Assembly (NCBI GenBank): GCA_050633245.1
Contig: JBOEGD010000004.1
Coordinates: 13,845 to 77,844 of the forward strand
Length of the DNA: 64,000 bases
Direction: 5' to 3'
Origin: Calditrichia bacterium
GTDB lineage: Bacteria; Calditrichota; Calditrichia; RBG-13-44-9; J075
Shown here: piece by piece, positions 27,452 to 38,500 of the stretch
How positions within the stretch are numbered: position 1 is the stretch's first letter
How the letters are laid out: each line of letters opens with the position of its first letter
Notes under the pieces: model-generated
Seen by the model: the letters and a program-made list of their open reading frames with translations, nothing else
Told to the model about the DNA's origin: nothing
Database searches by the model: none
Translations under genes and position numbers: made by a program

Positions 27452-30391
27452 CTACAGATCGTAGCTAAAGCTAAGTCCTACTTGTCGTCCGCTGCGATAC
27501 TGACGGCGGATGAATTCCTGGCCTTTAAAGTCATGTGAGTAGGTGTTTTTGGCATCCAGGATATTCTTCATGCCCAGCTTTAGCGTTAGGTTTTTGAAGA
27601 TCTGCTGGCTCAGATTCAGATCCAGAGTATGGCGTCCACGCTCAAATACATCTGGCGTTGCACCGGCAGCAATCTCATACAAACGATCGCCAAAGGTGTT
27701 GTAGGACAGGGTAACGCTGCTTCCGGAAACGGGTCGGAAGTAAGTGAGGCCAACGTTCAGAAGATAGGGGGACTGACCAACCAGGTCACGCGTATCATCA
27801 GCATTTGGATCAAGGGCTACGATGTTCTCAAGCTCTTCTTCCGGAATCTTTACTTCAGACTGCGTGAAAGACATGTTGGTGTTAATTGTAAAGTTGTTCA
27901 GAGCAGACGCGACGAAGCCGAGACGCTTACGGAATTCGAATTCAAGACCCATGACTTCAGAACTCTCGATATTACGGAATTCAATTACGTCATTTTCACC
28001 GCCGCTCTCCTCATCAATAACGCGCTCAATCGGGTTCTTGAAATCCTTGTAGTAACCACTAATTGCGATAATCTCGCCCGGAGCCATAAACCATTCCCAA
28101 CGAACGTCATAGTTGTTAATGAGCGTTCGTTCGAGATCGATGTTACCGTTAAAAATGAAGTCACCAATAAAGTTGAAGCTCGCATACGGCGCCTTCTCAC
28201 GGAAGTTTGGACGTGCCAGCGTGCGGCCATAGGCAAGACGCAGGAAGTGGTCACGTATAAACTGGTAGTTCAGATTGAAAGATGGTAAGACATCATCATC
28301 ATTTAGCGAACCGCTATCGATACCATTTGTTACGTTCATACGTGTTGACTCTAAACGAGCGCCACCAATAACGCGAATAGCCGGGGTCAGTGGTATGTCG
28401 GCCATTAAGTAGGTGGCGTTAATACGCTGATCACCCGTATAGCTTCCGACAGATCCAAGCGCTCCGGTAATACCTTCGTTGATGTATACGCCGAACTCAT
28501 TTGTCGTCGAGTTGAGACCAATATTGCTTCCACCAAAGTAGGCATCCGGATCGCCCTGATAGCGCGCTGAACCAGGTCCTTCCAGGTATTCAAAGATACG
28601 TTCGTTGAAATCACGATCTTTTTCTTCATAACTATATCCCAGCTTAACCTTCGCTGTCAGATTATTCCATACGCCAACCGGTCTTTCAACATTGAACTGA
28701 AACGTGCGGCTGGTTTCATCAGTGTCGCGAAAATAGCGTGACGGCGGATCGAAAACCGCTTGAGGAATAGAATAGATAGTCGTATCCCGACCCATAAAAG
28801 GACGAACGGCAAAGATGTCACCGAAGAATCGAGTATCAGGCTGGTCAAGTTTGTTTGATGAGTATGAACCAATCCAGGTTGCCTTCAGGTCGCCAAAATT
28901 GGCGAATTCCTGATTTCCGCGAAGCTGAACAGAGTTTAAGGCGCGTTCGGAGTAGGTGAGGGCACGTGTCTCAAGATTCTCTACATCCTGAGCCTGCCAG
29001 CTCCCCGAGAGAAAACGTGAAGAGGCAGTGCCACCCTGAGTGCGGATGTAATTTATCTGAAACTGCTGCCCAGCCCAGGGTTCATAACTCAGTGTGCCTA
29101 TTGTTCCCCAAAGAACATCATCGGTTCCCTTGGAGTCACTAAGCTCGGTTTCCGGGTCCAGTTCGTTTTTAGTATCAATTTGTCCCTTTAGCTTATAGCT
29201 GCCGAAGAACTCGTTCTCGTATAAGGAGTAGCTTCGCTTGTAGCTAACCGATGCCAGGAAACCGAGCGGGCGTCCGAAAAGCTCCAGTTTGTTTCCAATG
29301 GAAAAACCGAAGCTGGAGTTCACAGGTACCTCATTATTAATCGGGGACATATTTGAATTGAAAGCGCGTGAGACGCGATTCAATACTTGTGCATCTTCTT
29401 CCGAAAAATCAGGAGAGAGAGGATCGGGTATTTCATCGAGGTTTTGAATCTCATCCGGAAGTTCACGTGTTCCGTCATCCATTCCGAGCCAATCCCGGTT
29501 ACCGCTAGCCTGGCTAAGGAACTCCGAGCTAAATGAAGACTGACTATTCCAGCTGGTTCCGGTAGAGAAGGAAATCTCCAGTTGATCGGGATAGGCACGC
29601 GTTCCAAGATCGACTATTCCACCGCTAAAGTTACCGGGTTTGTCCGGAGTAAATGTTTTAAGCGTTACAATGTTATCCAGCATCTTTGCCGGAATAAGGT
29701 CTAGCTGAAAGCTGCGTTTGTCCGGATCGGCGCTTGGCAATTCAACTCCATTAAGCTGAGTTGAAGCGTAACGGTCGCCAAGACCACGCACATACACATA
29801 CTTGCCGTCCAGTACTGAGGCTCCAGTAACCTTCTGCATGGCGTCGGCGGCTTCTCCGGCACCTGATTGAGAGATAGCTTCGGCACTCAACGCGTCGCTA
29901 ATGGAAATAGATTTCTTGCGCTGAGAGAGTAATGCGGCTTCATTATTCTGAATAACACGTGCTACGATTTCAACTGCTTCGCCTTCGATGGTTTCGGATT
30001 GAACCGTTACGTCATCAATGGTAGCTAGTTTACCTGCTTCAACGACAACATCCGGAATGCGGGTTTCAGTATATCCCACAATTGAAACAATGACGGTATA
30101 GGTTCCGGCGGGAACGTTCTCGATAAGAAAGATGCCATCCATATCGCTGGCAGCTCCGAGTAATTGCCCCTCGATGACAACATTGGCAAATATGAGTGGC
30201 TCGTTAGTATCACCGGCAATGAGCTTACCCATAATTTTGCCTGTATCTTGTGCGGAAAGAAATTGTGTAAAAAGTGTCACAAGAAGGAATAGCGCAATCG
30301 ATATTAATTTAGGCTGTTTCGAGTTGTGGCGTTTGCCGTTGCGGTGCCAGGGGACCTTCCCGGCGTCTAAAAAAGAGTGAAACGATTTCAT
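27452..30391 (-). CDS. TonB-dependent receptor with N-terminal carboxypeptidase-regulatory-like domain
   Basis: Plug YVYVRGLGDRY..TQLNG..LPS; barrel strands; KNILDA; terminal FSYDL. Confidence 0.93.
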   Translation of the reverse strand: MKSFHSFLDAGKVPWHRNGKRHNSKQPKLISIALFLLVTLFTQFLSAQDTGKIMGKLIAGDTNEPLIFANVVIEGQLLGAASDMDGIFLIENVPAGTYTVIVSIVGYTETRIPDVVVEAGKLATIDDVTVQSETIEGEAVEIVARVIQNNEAALLSQRKKSISISDALSAEAISQSGAGEAADAMQKVTGASVLDGKYVYVRGLGDRYASTQLNGVELPSADPDKRSFQLDLIPAKMLDNIVTLKTFTPDKPGNFSGGIVDLGTRAYPDQLEISFSTGTSWNSQSSFSSEFLSQASGNRDWLGMDDGTRELPDEIQNLDEIPDPLSPDFSEEDAQVLNRVSRAFNSNMSPINNEVPVNSSFGFSIGNKLELFGRPLGFLASVSYKRSYSLYENEFFGSYKLKGQIDTKNELDPETELSDSKGTDDVLWGTIGTLSYEPWAGQQFQINYIRTQGGTASSRFLSGSWQAQDVENLETRALTYSERALNSVQLRGNQEFANFGDLKATWIGSYSSNKLDQPDTRFFGDIFAVRPFMGRDTTIYSIPQAVFDPPSRYFRDTDETSRTFQFNVERPVGVWNNLTAKVKLGYSYEEKDRDFNERIFEYLEGPGSARYQGDPDAYFGGSNIGLNSTTNEFGVYINEGITGALGSVGSYTGDQRINATYLMADIPLTPAIRVIGGARLESTRMNVTNGIDSGSLNDDDVLPSFNLNYQFIRDHFLRLAYGRTLARPNFREKAPYASFNFIGDFIFNGNIDLERTLINNYDVRWEWFMAPGEIIAISGYYKDFKNPIERVIDEESGGENDVIEFRNIESSEVMGLEFEFRKRLGFVASALNNFTINTNMSFTQSEVKIPEEELENIVALDPNADDTRDLVGQSPYLLNVGLTYFRPVSGSSVTLSYNTFGDRLYEIAAGATPDVFERGRHTLDLNLSQQIFKNLTLKLGMKNILDAKNTYSHDFKGQEFIRRQYRSGRQVGLSFSYDL

Positions 30392-30454
30392 TAATTAGCT
30401 CCCGTAATAAATAAAAAGTATGTTATAAAAACCGGTATTAACTTACCGGAGCTG

Positions 30455-30515
30455 TGTTACAGTGGCGTTAACATGCTGTTGGTGACGTATTAAATTAAGT
30501 CACTTCTGGTGTTGC
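30455..30515 (-). promoter_or_regulatory. Pho-box-like 11-bp-phased direct repeats upstream of the TBDT
   Basis: Minus-strand hexamers GCAACA (30510), TTAATA (30488), CCAACA (30477), TTAACG (30466) and GTAACA (30455) sit at multiples of 11 bp, next to phoR/phoB. Confidence 0.55.
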
Positions 30516-30638
30516 ATTTATCAAAGTGAATAGCTTGTAAGGGGTTGATAAATTGTTGCTTAGGTGAGATTGAGGCTGTGTTGCAGTTTAATTGATGGGC
30601 TGCAACATAAAGGATATGATATATGAGAGGAAGAGGCG

Positions 30639-32420
30639 TTAGCCGGAGTGACGCAGAAACTTGAGTGAGAAGCAGCTACCAGAGTTTGGCTGGCTGCGTA
30701 ACTCAACCTCGGCTTCCTGAATTTCCGCAAGGTGACGAACGATAGAAAGACCTAAACCAGTACCGGCAGTTGTTGAGGAACGCGATTTATCGACGCGGTA
30801 AAAACGTTCAAAAATGCGTTCCTGATGTTTTTGTGGGATGCCTATTCCGCTATCTTCCACAGAGATAAAGGCATGTTCCGAGTTGACCGAGCTGGATATC
30901 TTTACCGTCCCATCAAATGGAGTATACTTAATCGCATTGTCTATCAAATTTGCTATGATCGAGCGAAACATTTCCGGATCGCCTTTGATTTTGAACGGCT
31001 TTTTAGACAGGCGACTGGAAATCTCAATATCCTTTCCTTCTGCGAGTTCAAAATACTGATTAATTACGTCATGAATAACCGGGCTCGGGTTAAATGCTTT
31101 TAACTCGATACTTTGTAAGCGCTCTATTCGCGCCAGCTGCAATAAATCGGAAACCAGATTCTCCAGCTGTCGAGATTGTTTTACAATTTTCTTTACATAT
31201 TTCTTGTTCAGTCTACTATCTGCAAGCGCCCAATCGAGCAGCGTTTCACTATATCCGCGGATAGCCGAGAGGGGAGTCTTAAATTCATGAGAGACGTTCG
31301 CTACGAAGTCGCGTCGAATTTTTTCCAGCGTTTTAAACTTTGTTATATCCCTGAGCACGACAACGGCACCTTCGCGCTTGCGATGGCGAATCGAAAACGG
31401 ATTTAGTACGACCTCAATGATGGAGTTGTCTTCTGCGTTCAGCTCATCCGAAATGAGGTAGGGGGTCTTTAAGAAGTTTTCAATCAGGCCGATTAGGTGC
31501 GGATGTTCGATTACCTCAGAGAAGTGGCGATTGCTGATTCCTTTTTTCCTGGCATGTTTCAACATATTCAGACCAATATCGTTAAAAAGAATGATACGAC
31601 CATTTTCGTCCAGGGCGATAATTCCTTCTTTTATCGAAGAGAGCACCATGTTAAGATCCTCGCGCTCATGCGAGAGTTTGGTGATAGTGGAAGAGAGGCG
31701 TGACGACATTTCGTTTAGAGCGATACTTAGCTTCCCAAGTTCATCTTTCGATTCAATATTCAGCTTGGGTTTAAGATCACCGCTGGCAATATCACCTGCA
31801 TGCTGAATAACCTTACGCAAATTACTGTTGATTCGCCTTGAGAGTAACAACAACAGCATTCCGGAAATAAGGAGAATGATAAGTCCACCATAAATTGAGT
31901 AGCGGCGAATGGTTGCCAGAAGCTTATCGGTGCTTGCGGCGAATACGGAAACCCGGATAAACCCGATATTGCCATCACTCACATAGACGCTTCTGCTGAT
32001 GTAGAATTGTTCTTTATTAATTGTGCTGCTAAATCGCCTGTCTGTGCCAAACTCATTATTGAGGGAGGCTTGAACTTCAGGGCGCGTTAAATGATTTTCG
32101 ACTGTGGCAAGGTGTTTAATGGGGATTTCAGAATCTGCAATAACTCTTCCGTCAGCAGCAATCAGCGTAAAGCGGCAATTGGTTATGCGGCTTTGTTCAT
32201 CGGCAAAGGACTTAAGGTATTCCAAATTGGCAGTCCTGAGGCTGTCGGTCTCAAGTGCTTTTTCCGAAAGCAAAACGTATTGTTGCAGTACGGTTTCAAC
32301 CTGTGTGTACAAATAGCCCTTAAATTGATAATAGAGTGCAGTGCCTACGCTGGTGATTCCAAAAAGAATGGACAGCATGACAATGGTAAATAGCTTAAAT
32401 CGAAGGTCGGTTTTAATCAT
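30639..32420 (-). CDS. phoR: phosphate regulon sensor kinase PhoR-like (Cache, HAMP, PAS, HisKA, HATPase)
   Basis: ENHLTRPEV periplasmic motif, HAMP, PAS, RRDFVANVSHEFKTPL, IFERFYRVDKSRS, GTGLGL. Confidence 0.85.
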   Translation of the reverse strand: MIKTDLRFKLFTIVMLSILFGITSVGTALYYQFKGYLYTQVETVLQQYVLLSEKALETDSLRTANLEYLKSFADEQSRITNCRFTLIAADGRVIADSEIPIKHLATVENHLTRPEVQASLNNEFGTDRRFSSTINKEQFYISRSVYVSDGNIGFIRVSVFAASTDKLLATIRRYSIYGGLIILLISGMLLLLLSRRINSNLRKVIQHAGDIASGDLKPKLNIESKDELGKLSIALNEMSSRLSSTITKLSHEREDLNMVLSSIKEGIIALDENGRIILFNDIGLNMLKHARKKGISNRHFSEVIEHPHLIGLIENFLKTPYLISDELNAEDNSIIEVVLNPFSIRHRKREGAVVVLRDITKFKTLEKIRRDFVANVSHEFKTPLSAIRGYSETLLDWALADSRLNKKYVKKIVKQSRQLENLVSDLLQLARIERLQSIELKAFNPSPVIHDVINQYFELAEGKDIEISSRLSKKPFKIKGDPEMFRSIIANLIDNAIKYTPFDGTVKISSSVNSEHAFISVEDSGIGIPQKHQERIFERFYRVDKSRSSTTAGTGLGLSIVRHLAEIQEAEVELRSQPNSGSCFSLKFLRHSG

Positions 32421-32461
32421 AGGTAGTGACTGATATTCGTCTGCGCATAATGCGTGTCAAA

Positions 32462-33145
32462 TTATCGCATATTCCAGCGATATCCAACGCCTTTAACAGT
32501 GAGTATCATCTGATTGTCGGAGTCGATTTTATCACGGAGTCGAGTGATGTGGACATCAACCGTTCGCGGATCGCCGAAGTAATTTTCGCCCCAAATTGAA
32601 TCGAGTAAGTTTTGACGCGACATCGCCTTGCCCTGTGCCTGTATCAGATGCTTCAGCAGCTTAAACTGAATAGGTGTAAGATTAATAATATCCTCTTTAA
32701 CGAATACTTCGTGTGTGAAAAAGTTGACGCGTAAATCTGCCTGGTGAAATTCCTCAAACGTAGCTTTTTTTACTCGTTTCAGCTGCACCTTAACTCTGGC
32801 AATTAATTCCCTTGGGCTGAACGGTTTGGTTACATAATCATCCGCACCAACCTCAAAGCCAATAATCTTATCAATCTCTTCACTACGCGCTGTTAACATG
32901 ATGACCGGAATTTCTGCAGTGCGTTCATCGTTACGAATATATTTGCAAAGTTCAATGCCACTCATCTCCGGGAGGTTGAGGTCGAGAATCAGCAGGTCAG
33001 GGGGACTGGCAATAATTGCATCGTGAGCTTTTAACCCATCCATAAAAGTGCGGATGCGATAACCTTCCCGCCAGAGATTATCTTCGAGGATTTCGTTAAT
33101 ATCCGGATCGTCCTCAACAACATAAATGGTGAAATTTTGATTCAT
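32462..33145 (-). CDS. phoB: PhoB/PhoP-like response regulator
   Basis: REC plus winged helix (RTVDVHITRLRDK...TVKGVGY); upstream of phoR within a phosphate-scavenging cluster. Confidence 0.8.
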   Translation of the reverse strand: MNQNFTIYVVEDDPDINEILEDNLWREGYRIRTFMDGLKAHDAIIASPPDLLILDLNLPEMSGIELCKYIRNDERTAEIPVIMLTARSEEIDKIIGFEVGADDYVTKPFSPRELIARVKVQLKRVKKATFEEFHQADLRVNFFTHEVFVKEDIINLTPIQFKLLKHLIQAQGKAMSRQNLLDSIWGENYFGDPRTVDVHITRLRDKIDSDNQMILTVKGVGYRWNMR

Positions 33146-33261
33146 ATCCCTATTCCATTTTTTACTTCAAGTTGCTGGAATATAGAATCGGCATGTTACA
33201 GTTTGATTGCAAGTCAATTACTGTTTGCTTCAAAAGAGGTGTTCGTTTCGATAAATGCCAA

Positions 33262-34173
33262 TTATTCGCTGGTTAATTTAACCAAAAGATCTGAGTAATA
33301 GCGATGTTTCGCTTTGTAAACATCATACTCTTCATCACGGTTCCGTTTTTGAAGGCCGGTTAGATAAATGGCGAGCTTGGTTAAAATGACCTGAGTTGCA
33401 GCACGTTGATTGCTGTTGGTAAGGCCGTTGGAACGAATAATTTTTTCCAAAGCGTAGATGCGAAAGCGATCCATTCCCCAATATCGTTGGGATAGTTGAT
33501 CGGCATGTCCACCGTATTTGGCAATCAATGGTTCTTCGATAAACAATACAGGATAAGCCGCACAAATTCGTAGCCAGAGATCATAGTCTTCACAGGCAGG
33601 TAGTGCCTCATCGAACAGGCCAATGTTCTCAAAGATGGTGCGATGGATAATAACGGAAGAAGGGGAGATGCAGCAAAGTGGAAGACAGCGGCGGAAGATG
33701 TGACCACCCGCTTTTTCATGCTTCTTTTTTTGGTTGACGCGTTTTCCGGCGCGATACCAGATTTCCTCAGTATGGCAAATTTTATATTGAAGGTTAAATA
33801 TGCCAGCCTGAGCAGGGAGGTCGGCAATACCGTTGGCTGTTGAGCCTTTTGCACTGGCATAGAGAGCATCTATTTGTGTTTCCAGCTTTTGATCCAGCCA
33901 TTCGTCATCCGAATCCAGAAAGGCCATCCATTCGCCGGTGGCGGCGCGTATACCGCGGTTGCGTGCAGAGCTGACGCCTTTATTTTCTTGCTTTAAGTAG
34001 ATGACATTAGGAAAATGTCGGGAAACCATCTCTGAGGTGTGATCGGTTGAGCCGTCATCCACAACAATTATCTCGTCCGCCGGACGCGTCTGTTTGGCAA
34101 CAGAATTCAGAGCGCGCATCAATAATTTAGCGCGATCGTGAGTTGGAATAATGACGGATATTCTTGCAGACAT
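33262..34173 (-). CDS. GT2 family glycosyltransferase
   Basis: SVIIPTHDR, VVDDGSTD, NKGVSSARNRG, AFLDSDD, CEDYDLWLR; carries a roughly 20-aa insertion. Confidence 0.92.
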   Translation of the reverse strand: MSARISVIIPTHDRAKLLMRALNSVAKQTRPADEIIVVDDGSTDHTSEMVSRHFPNVIYLKQENKGVSSARNRGIRAATGEWMAFLDSDDEWLDQKLETQIDALYASAKGSTANGIADLPAQAGIFNLQYKICHTEEIWYRAGKRVNQKKKHEKAGGHIFRRCLPLCCISPSSVIIHRTIFENIGLFDEALPACEDYDLWLRICAAYPVLFIEEPLIAKYGGHADQLSQRYWGMDRFRIYALEKIIRSNGLTNSNQRAATQVILTKLAIYLTGLQKRNRDEEYDVYKAKHRYYSDLLVKLTSE

Positions 34174-34263
34174 ACCTGATAATGCCCGGTCTGTAATAAT
34201 GTTAAGTTATTTCTCCGAAACTCCGAGAGAAGCATACAGCGTGAGACAATATTAAATTGTGGC

Positions 34264-35496
34264 CTATCTCTCCAAAATATACCCGATTCTTTCAAATTTC
34301 CCATCGATATTTTGAACTGGGTAGATGTTCAGTATTGCACAAAGTAGGGGATAGAGGTCAATTGTCTGTAAGGTGCCCGTCCGAAAATTGCGTCGAAAGC
34401 TCGGCCCGGCGGCGTAAAAAATACCGTGCATGTTTATTAAGTGTGGGCTATATCCATGATTACCTTTGCCCGGCAGCCAGTCTCCTGATGCCCCGTGTAA
34501 GAGTGTCCACCCCGGTTCGGCGATAAGCACAATGTCGGAAATAAACGGATGATTTGAAAAATGCAGATGTTCAGGCACCTCTGCCCGTAAGTATGCTCTA
34601 AAGTGCGTCTCATTGTTTTTTAGAATCTTATAAATTCTATCTGTGTCACCGACTTTTGGCTGAACCATCATAATTGGACCGTCTGAGGTAAAGCGGCACT
34701 CTTCCGCAGACAGCAGGTCTTCCTCAATGCGAATAGATTTTTCCTTAAACGTCTCAATCATTCCATGATCCGAAACGACGATGATGTCTGTTTTATCCAG
34801 CAAATTTTTCTGTGCTAGTCCATCCATCAACAGGCCGAGCATAGAATCCTGACGTGCAATGGCGAAGTTTACTTTAGGCGATTCGGGTCCGTAGTCATGT
34901 CCATAGCTGTCGGATAAATGAAAATACATGGTTATAAATTGCGGGCGTTCATTCTTAGGAAGACTTAACCAATTGAGTACGCCTATTACTCGGGTTTCAA
35001 AGGGACGATCATGATCGTACACTTCAAAGCGTTCAGGATGGCGTCCTTCCTGAACGATACTGCTTGCAGGCCAAAAATAGGAAGCACTTTTAACACCCTG
35101 CTTTTGAGCGGTCTCCCATATAAACTCGCAATCGTACCAGTTGCCATTCCTTACAGCAGCCCGATTGCCGAGGGCATAGTCTGCTCCGGTAAACGGATTG
35201 ATAAAGTCGTTCAGAATTATTCCATGGTTCTCCGGATAGAGCCCGGTGACGATCGAAATGTGATTTGGAAAGGTCTTGGTTGGAAAAACGGCTTTGAGTC
35301 CGGTTGCACTTACGCCTCGCTCTCGTAGTTTCTGCATATTTGGCGTCAGTCCGCGTTCGGGATAATCCCATCGAAAGCCGTCGAAAGAAATGAGAATAAC
35401 GTGTTCAGATTTTCGCTGTGTATTTTGGCAATGTAGAGTTGAGATGAAGGTTGAGCAGACGAAAAGAGTAATTAGCAAAAAGATACGATTTTGCAT
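34264..35496 (-). CDS. nucleotide pyrophosphatase/phosphodiesterase (alkaline phosphatase superfamily)
   Basis: Signal peptide; ISFDGFR, TKTFPNH (catalytic Thr), DSYGH, SDHGM, GNHGY. Confidence 0.92.
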   Translation of the reverse strand: MQNRIFLLITLFVCSTFISTLHCQNTQRKSEHVILISFDGFRWDYPERGLTPNMQKLRERGVSATGLKAVFPTKTFPNHISIVTGLYPENHGIILNDFINPFTGADYALGNRAAVRNGNWYDCEFIWETAQKQGVKSASYFWPASSIVQEGRHPERFEVYDHDRPFETRVIGVLNWLSLPKNERPQFITMYFHLSDSYGHDYGPESPKVNFAIARQDSMLGLLMDGLAQKNLLDKTDIIVVSDHGMIETFKEKSIRIEEDLLSAEECRFTSDGPIMMVQPKVGDTDRIYKILKNNETHFRAYLRAEVPEHLHFSNHPFISDIVLIAEPGWTLLHGASGDWLPGKGNHGYSPHLINMHGIFYAAGPSFRRNFRTGTLQTIDLYPLLCAILNIYPVQNIDGKFERIGYILER

Positions 35497-35515
35497 TTAG
35501 TTCTCTCCTTTTTTG

Positions 35516-35557
35516 AAAAAAAAGAGCCGACAACAAAACTGTTGCCGGCTCTAAAAA
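35516..35557 (-). terminator. intrinsic terminator after the second TBDT
   Basis: agagccgacaaca/tgttgccggctct stem with an A8 run on + (U run on -). It lies between the TBDT stop and the phosphodiesterase start. Confidence 0.75.
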
Positions 35558-35579
35558 GATTATTCCAATTCAGAATTAC

Positions 35580-38500
35580 CTAGAAGGAATATCGCAGACC
35601 AAGCTGAACTCTCCAGCGAGAAAGCAGATTGTCTGTCAGGAAGATATCGTCAAAGTCCTGAACGCCGTCACCATTTCTATCACTTGGAGCGAAGAAACGA
35701 ACTCCCGGCTTGCCTGTGACTTCATCATAACTGTTAAAGTCAAAGAGCTCATATGCTTGGAAGTTTACGAATTCCTGCTTGCCCCAGTCTTCGCTAAGAA
35801 GAGAGAGGAAGTTTAACACATCAGCAGTCAGCTCAAACTTCTGACCACCAAAGTTGAAATTTTGAGCAAGACGCAGGTCAAGCTGATTCAACCAAGGCTC
35901 ATTCAGGAAGTTACGCGGTGCGATTCCACCACGAACAGCAGCAAGATCGTCGTTGCTGTTTAGGAATGCATCAAGTGCTGCCCAACCGTCGCCGGTTACT
36001 TCGGAGAGATCATCTTCGTTCAGCGGAACGAATGCCAGGTCATTGCTACCAAAGGAGCCGTCACCGTTTGCATCATTGTCGTACACCAGGCTAAATGGAC
36101 GTCCGGATCGACCTTCATAGAATAGACCAAATGTGGTTCCGAAAGAGAATGAATAAGAGGCATTCAACAGAATGCGGTGCGGAATTTCAAAGTCAGAGAC
36201 TCCTAATCCGGGATTATTCGGATCCAGAGTTTCATTGAACGCCCAGTTGGAAGAGGCGGTACTTGAGCGACCGGAGTTAACGTCACGAGACTGGCCATAG
36301 GTATAAGAAATACTACCAGCAAGACCAGGCATGAAGTCGCCACCGTTCAGCTTCTGAAGCTGAGCTGTCAGGTTATAGCGCCAACCTTTGGAGGAGTTAT
36401 CCAGTTCATAAACACTGGTGAACTCATTGGATATCACGGCATTACGATCATACAACGGCCGACCATCAGGTGCATTACCATTTGGTGCAAGCAGGTTGAT
36501 GTTGCGAACAACCACGTCGTTGATTGACTGGCTAAATACACCTTCGAGTGTTAGAATGGTGTTACCGGCCATTTTCTGATCCAGTCCCAGATTAGTTCGG
36601 AAAACCTGCGGCTGTTTGAAGTCTTCAGACGTAATATTGATTTCAGATCTTGAAATCGGGCTCAAGTTCGGATTCGTTCCCGGACGAGGCTGATTGTTAG
36701 GATCGGTAACTAGACTTGGTACAAGATCGCCAAAGCGAGTTTGAGCATCTACACGACCATATTCAACACCGGTGTTGGTATAAGCATTAGATAACCAAAC
36801 GGTGGGGCTACGTCCCGAGAAGATACCAACGCCACCACGAAGCTGCGTTTCACGATCGCCGGTTGCATCATAGTTAAAACCTACGCGAGGTGACCAAAGC
36901 ACGTTGCCACTCGGTACATCTGTTGTGCTGCGACCTTCGAAAAGCTCACCAAAGCGCTCATTCTCGGAAGGTGTGTCCGGGAAAATCGGAACATCAGCAC
37001 GAATACCATAGGTAAGAACAAACTGAGAATTCATCTTCCACTCGTCTTGAGCGTACAGGCCGATTTGGTATGATTTCCAGTCTGCACTGGGAGTAGGATC
37101 GTTGGGATCCAGTGAATAGCTATAGCGATAGCGACTTGGAGTATTGCTGGCAAAAGCTTCAGCAGCAGATACTTCATTACCACTCGCATCTTCAAAAGAG
37201 TCGAACTCATAAGCGCCAAACAAATGCTGAACAAACAGGTTGTCGAAACGATAGAATTCGTTGTGAGTTCCAACGGTGAATGTGTGATCACCGGAGAAAT
37301 ACACAAGGTCATCTGTAATTTCCAAAATATCCTGATCCAGTGAGTTGGCCTGAGAGGAACGCTCACTACCGAAAACAAAATCGATATTATCGGTGTCAAC
37401 AGTGATTTCCGGGAATTTCGGGCCTTCGAGATTACGCGCATCGCGGATTGTAGAGAAAGAAGCGCGGAACATATTCGCTTTGTCTGAACCAAGGGTGCTG
37501 TTCCACTGAAGGACAGTGCTGTTAGTCACGCTATTGAAAACATAGTTCTGCGAGGAAAGACCGGCTTCGAAACCGTTACGATTAATACCACGATCCAACT
37601 CAGCATCCACAAAGTTGTGACGTAGCGTTAGCGTATTGCGGTTGTTCAGGTTCCAGTCTAAACGAGCAAAAGCCTTATTGTCATTGGTTCCCGCAGTATA
37701 CTCATCAAAATTACCAGCTTCGTAGCCATAGGTGTTACGAGCGGTATTGATAATGGCATTACCATCGGCAGTTGCTTCGGCAAGGTCAGTACCAGTGAGC
37801 AAACCGCTCAGGCCGAGACGAGGATCGTTACGACGCTTAATCTCTGCATTTACAAAGAAGAACATCTTATTCTTTGCAATCGGGCCACCAATGCGGAAAC
37901 CAGTCTGCAGCTCGTCGAACTCAGACAGTTCAGTCTCTGTATCACCAACGGTCAGCGTGCTCTTTGTGATGGACTGATTCCGACCAAAGCCGTATACAGA
38001 ACCTTCCCAGGTGTTGGTTCCACTACGTGTTACAGCATTGATGAGGCTACCGGTGAATCCACCAGAGCGCACATCATACGGAGCAACTGAAACGTTGAAT
38101 TCCTGAACGGCGTCCAGGCTGATAGGCTGGGCATTCGCCTGGCCACCAGGAGTTCCACTTGCTGCCAGACCAAAGGCATCATTAGTAACGGCACCGTCGA
38201 TCTGAACGTTATTATAGCGGTTGTTCGTTCCACCACTGCTGGAACCACCAGTGTTGTCACTGGAACCAATGTTCGTTCCAACAATCTGCGGAGACAAACG
38301 AGCAAAGTCCTGGATACTACGCTCAATGCTCGGGAACTTCTGAATGGTTTCTTCAGTTACTGTGGTGTTGGCACCGGTGCGGGAACCGGACAGAATTTCA
38401 TTTTGCTCAGCAACAACATCAACTGCCTGACCTTCATATGTCGTCTCGGTCAGTGTAAAATTAATAGTGCGGTTTTCCGTAATGGCAACAACCACGCCTT

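Noticed and set aside
30579-30607. tgttgcag...ctgcaaca hairpin after phoR, containing TGCAAC like the ECF -35 box
   Set aside because: There is no GTCT at the 16-nt spacing and no clear U tract; ambiguous.
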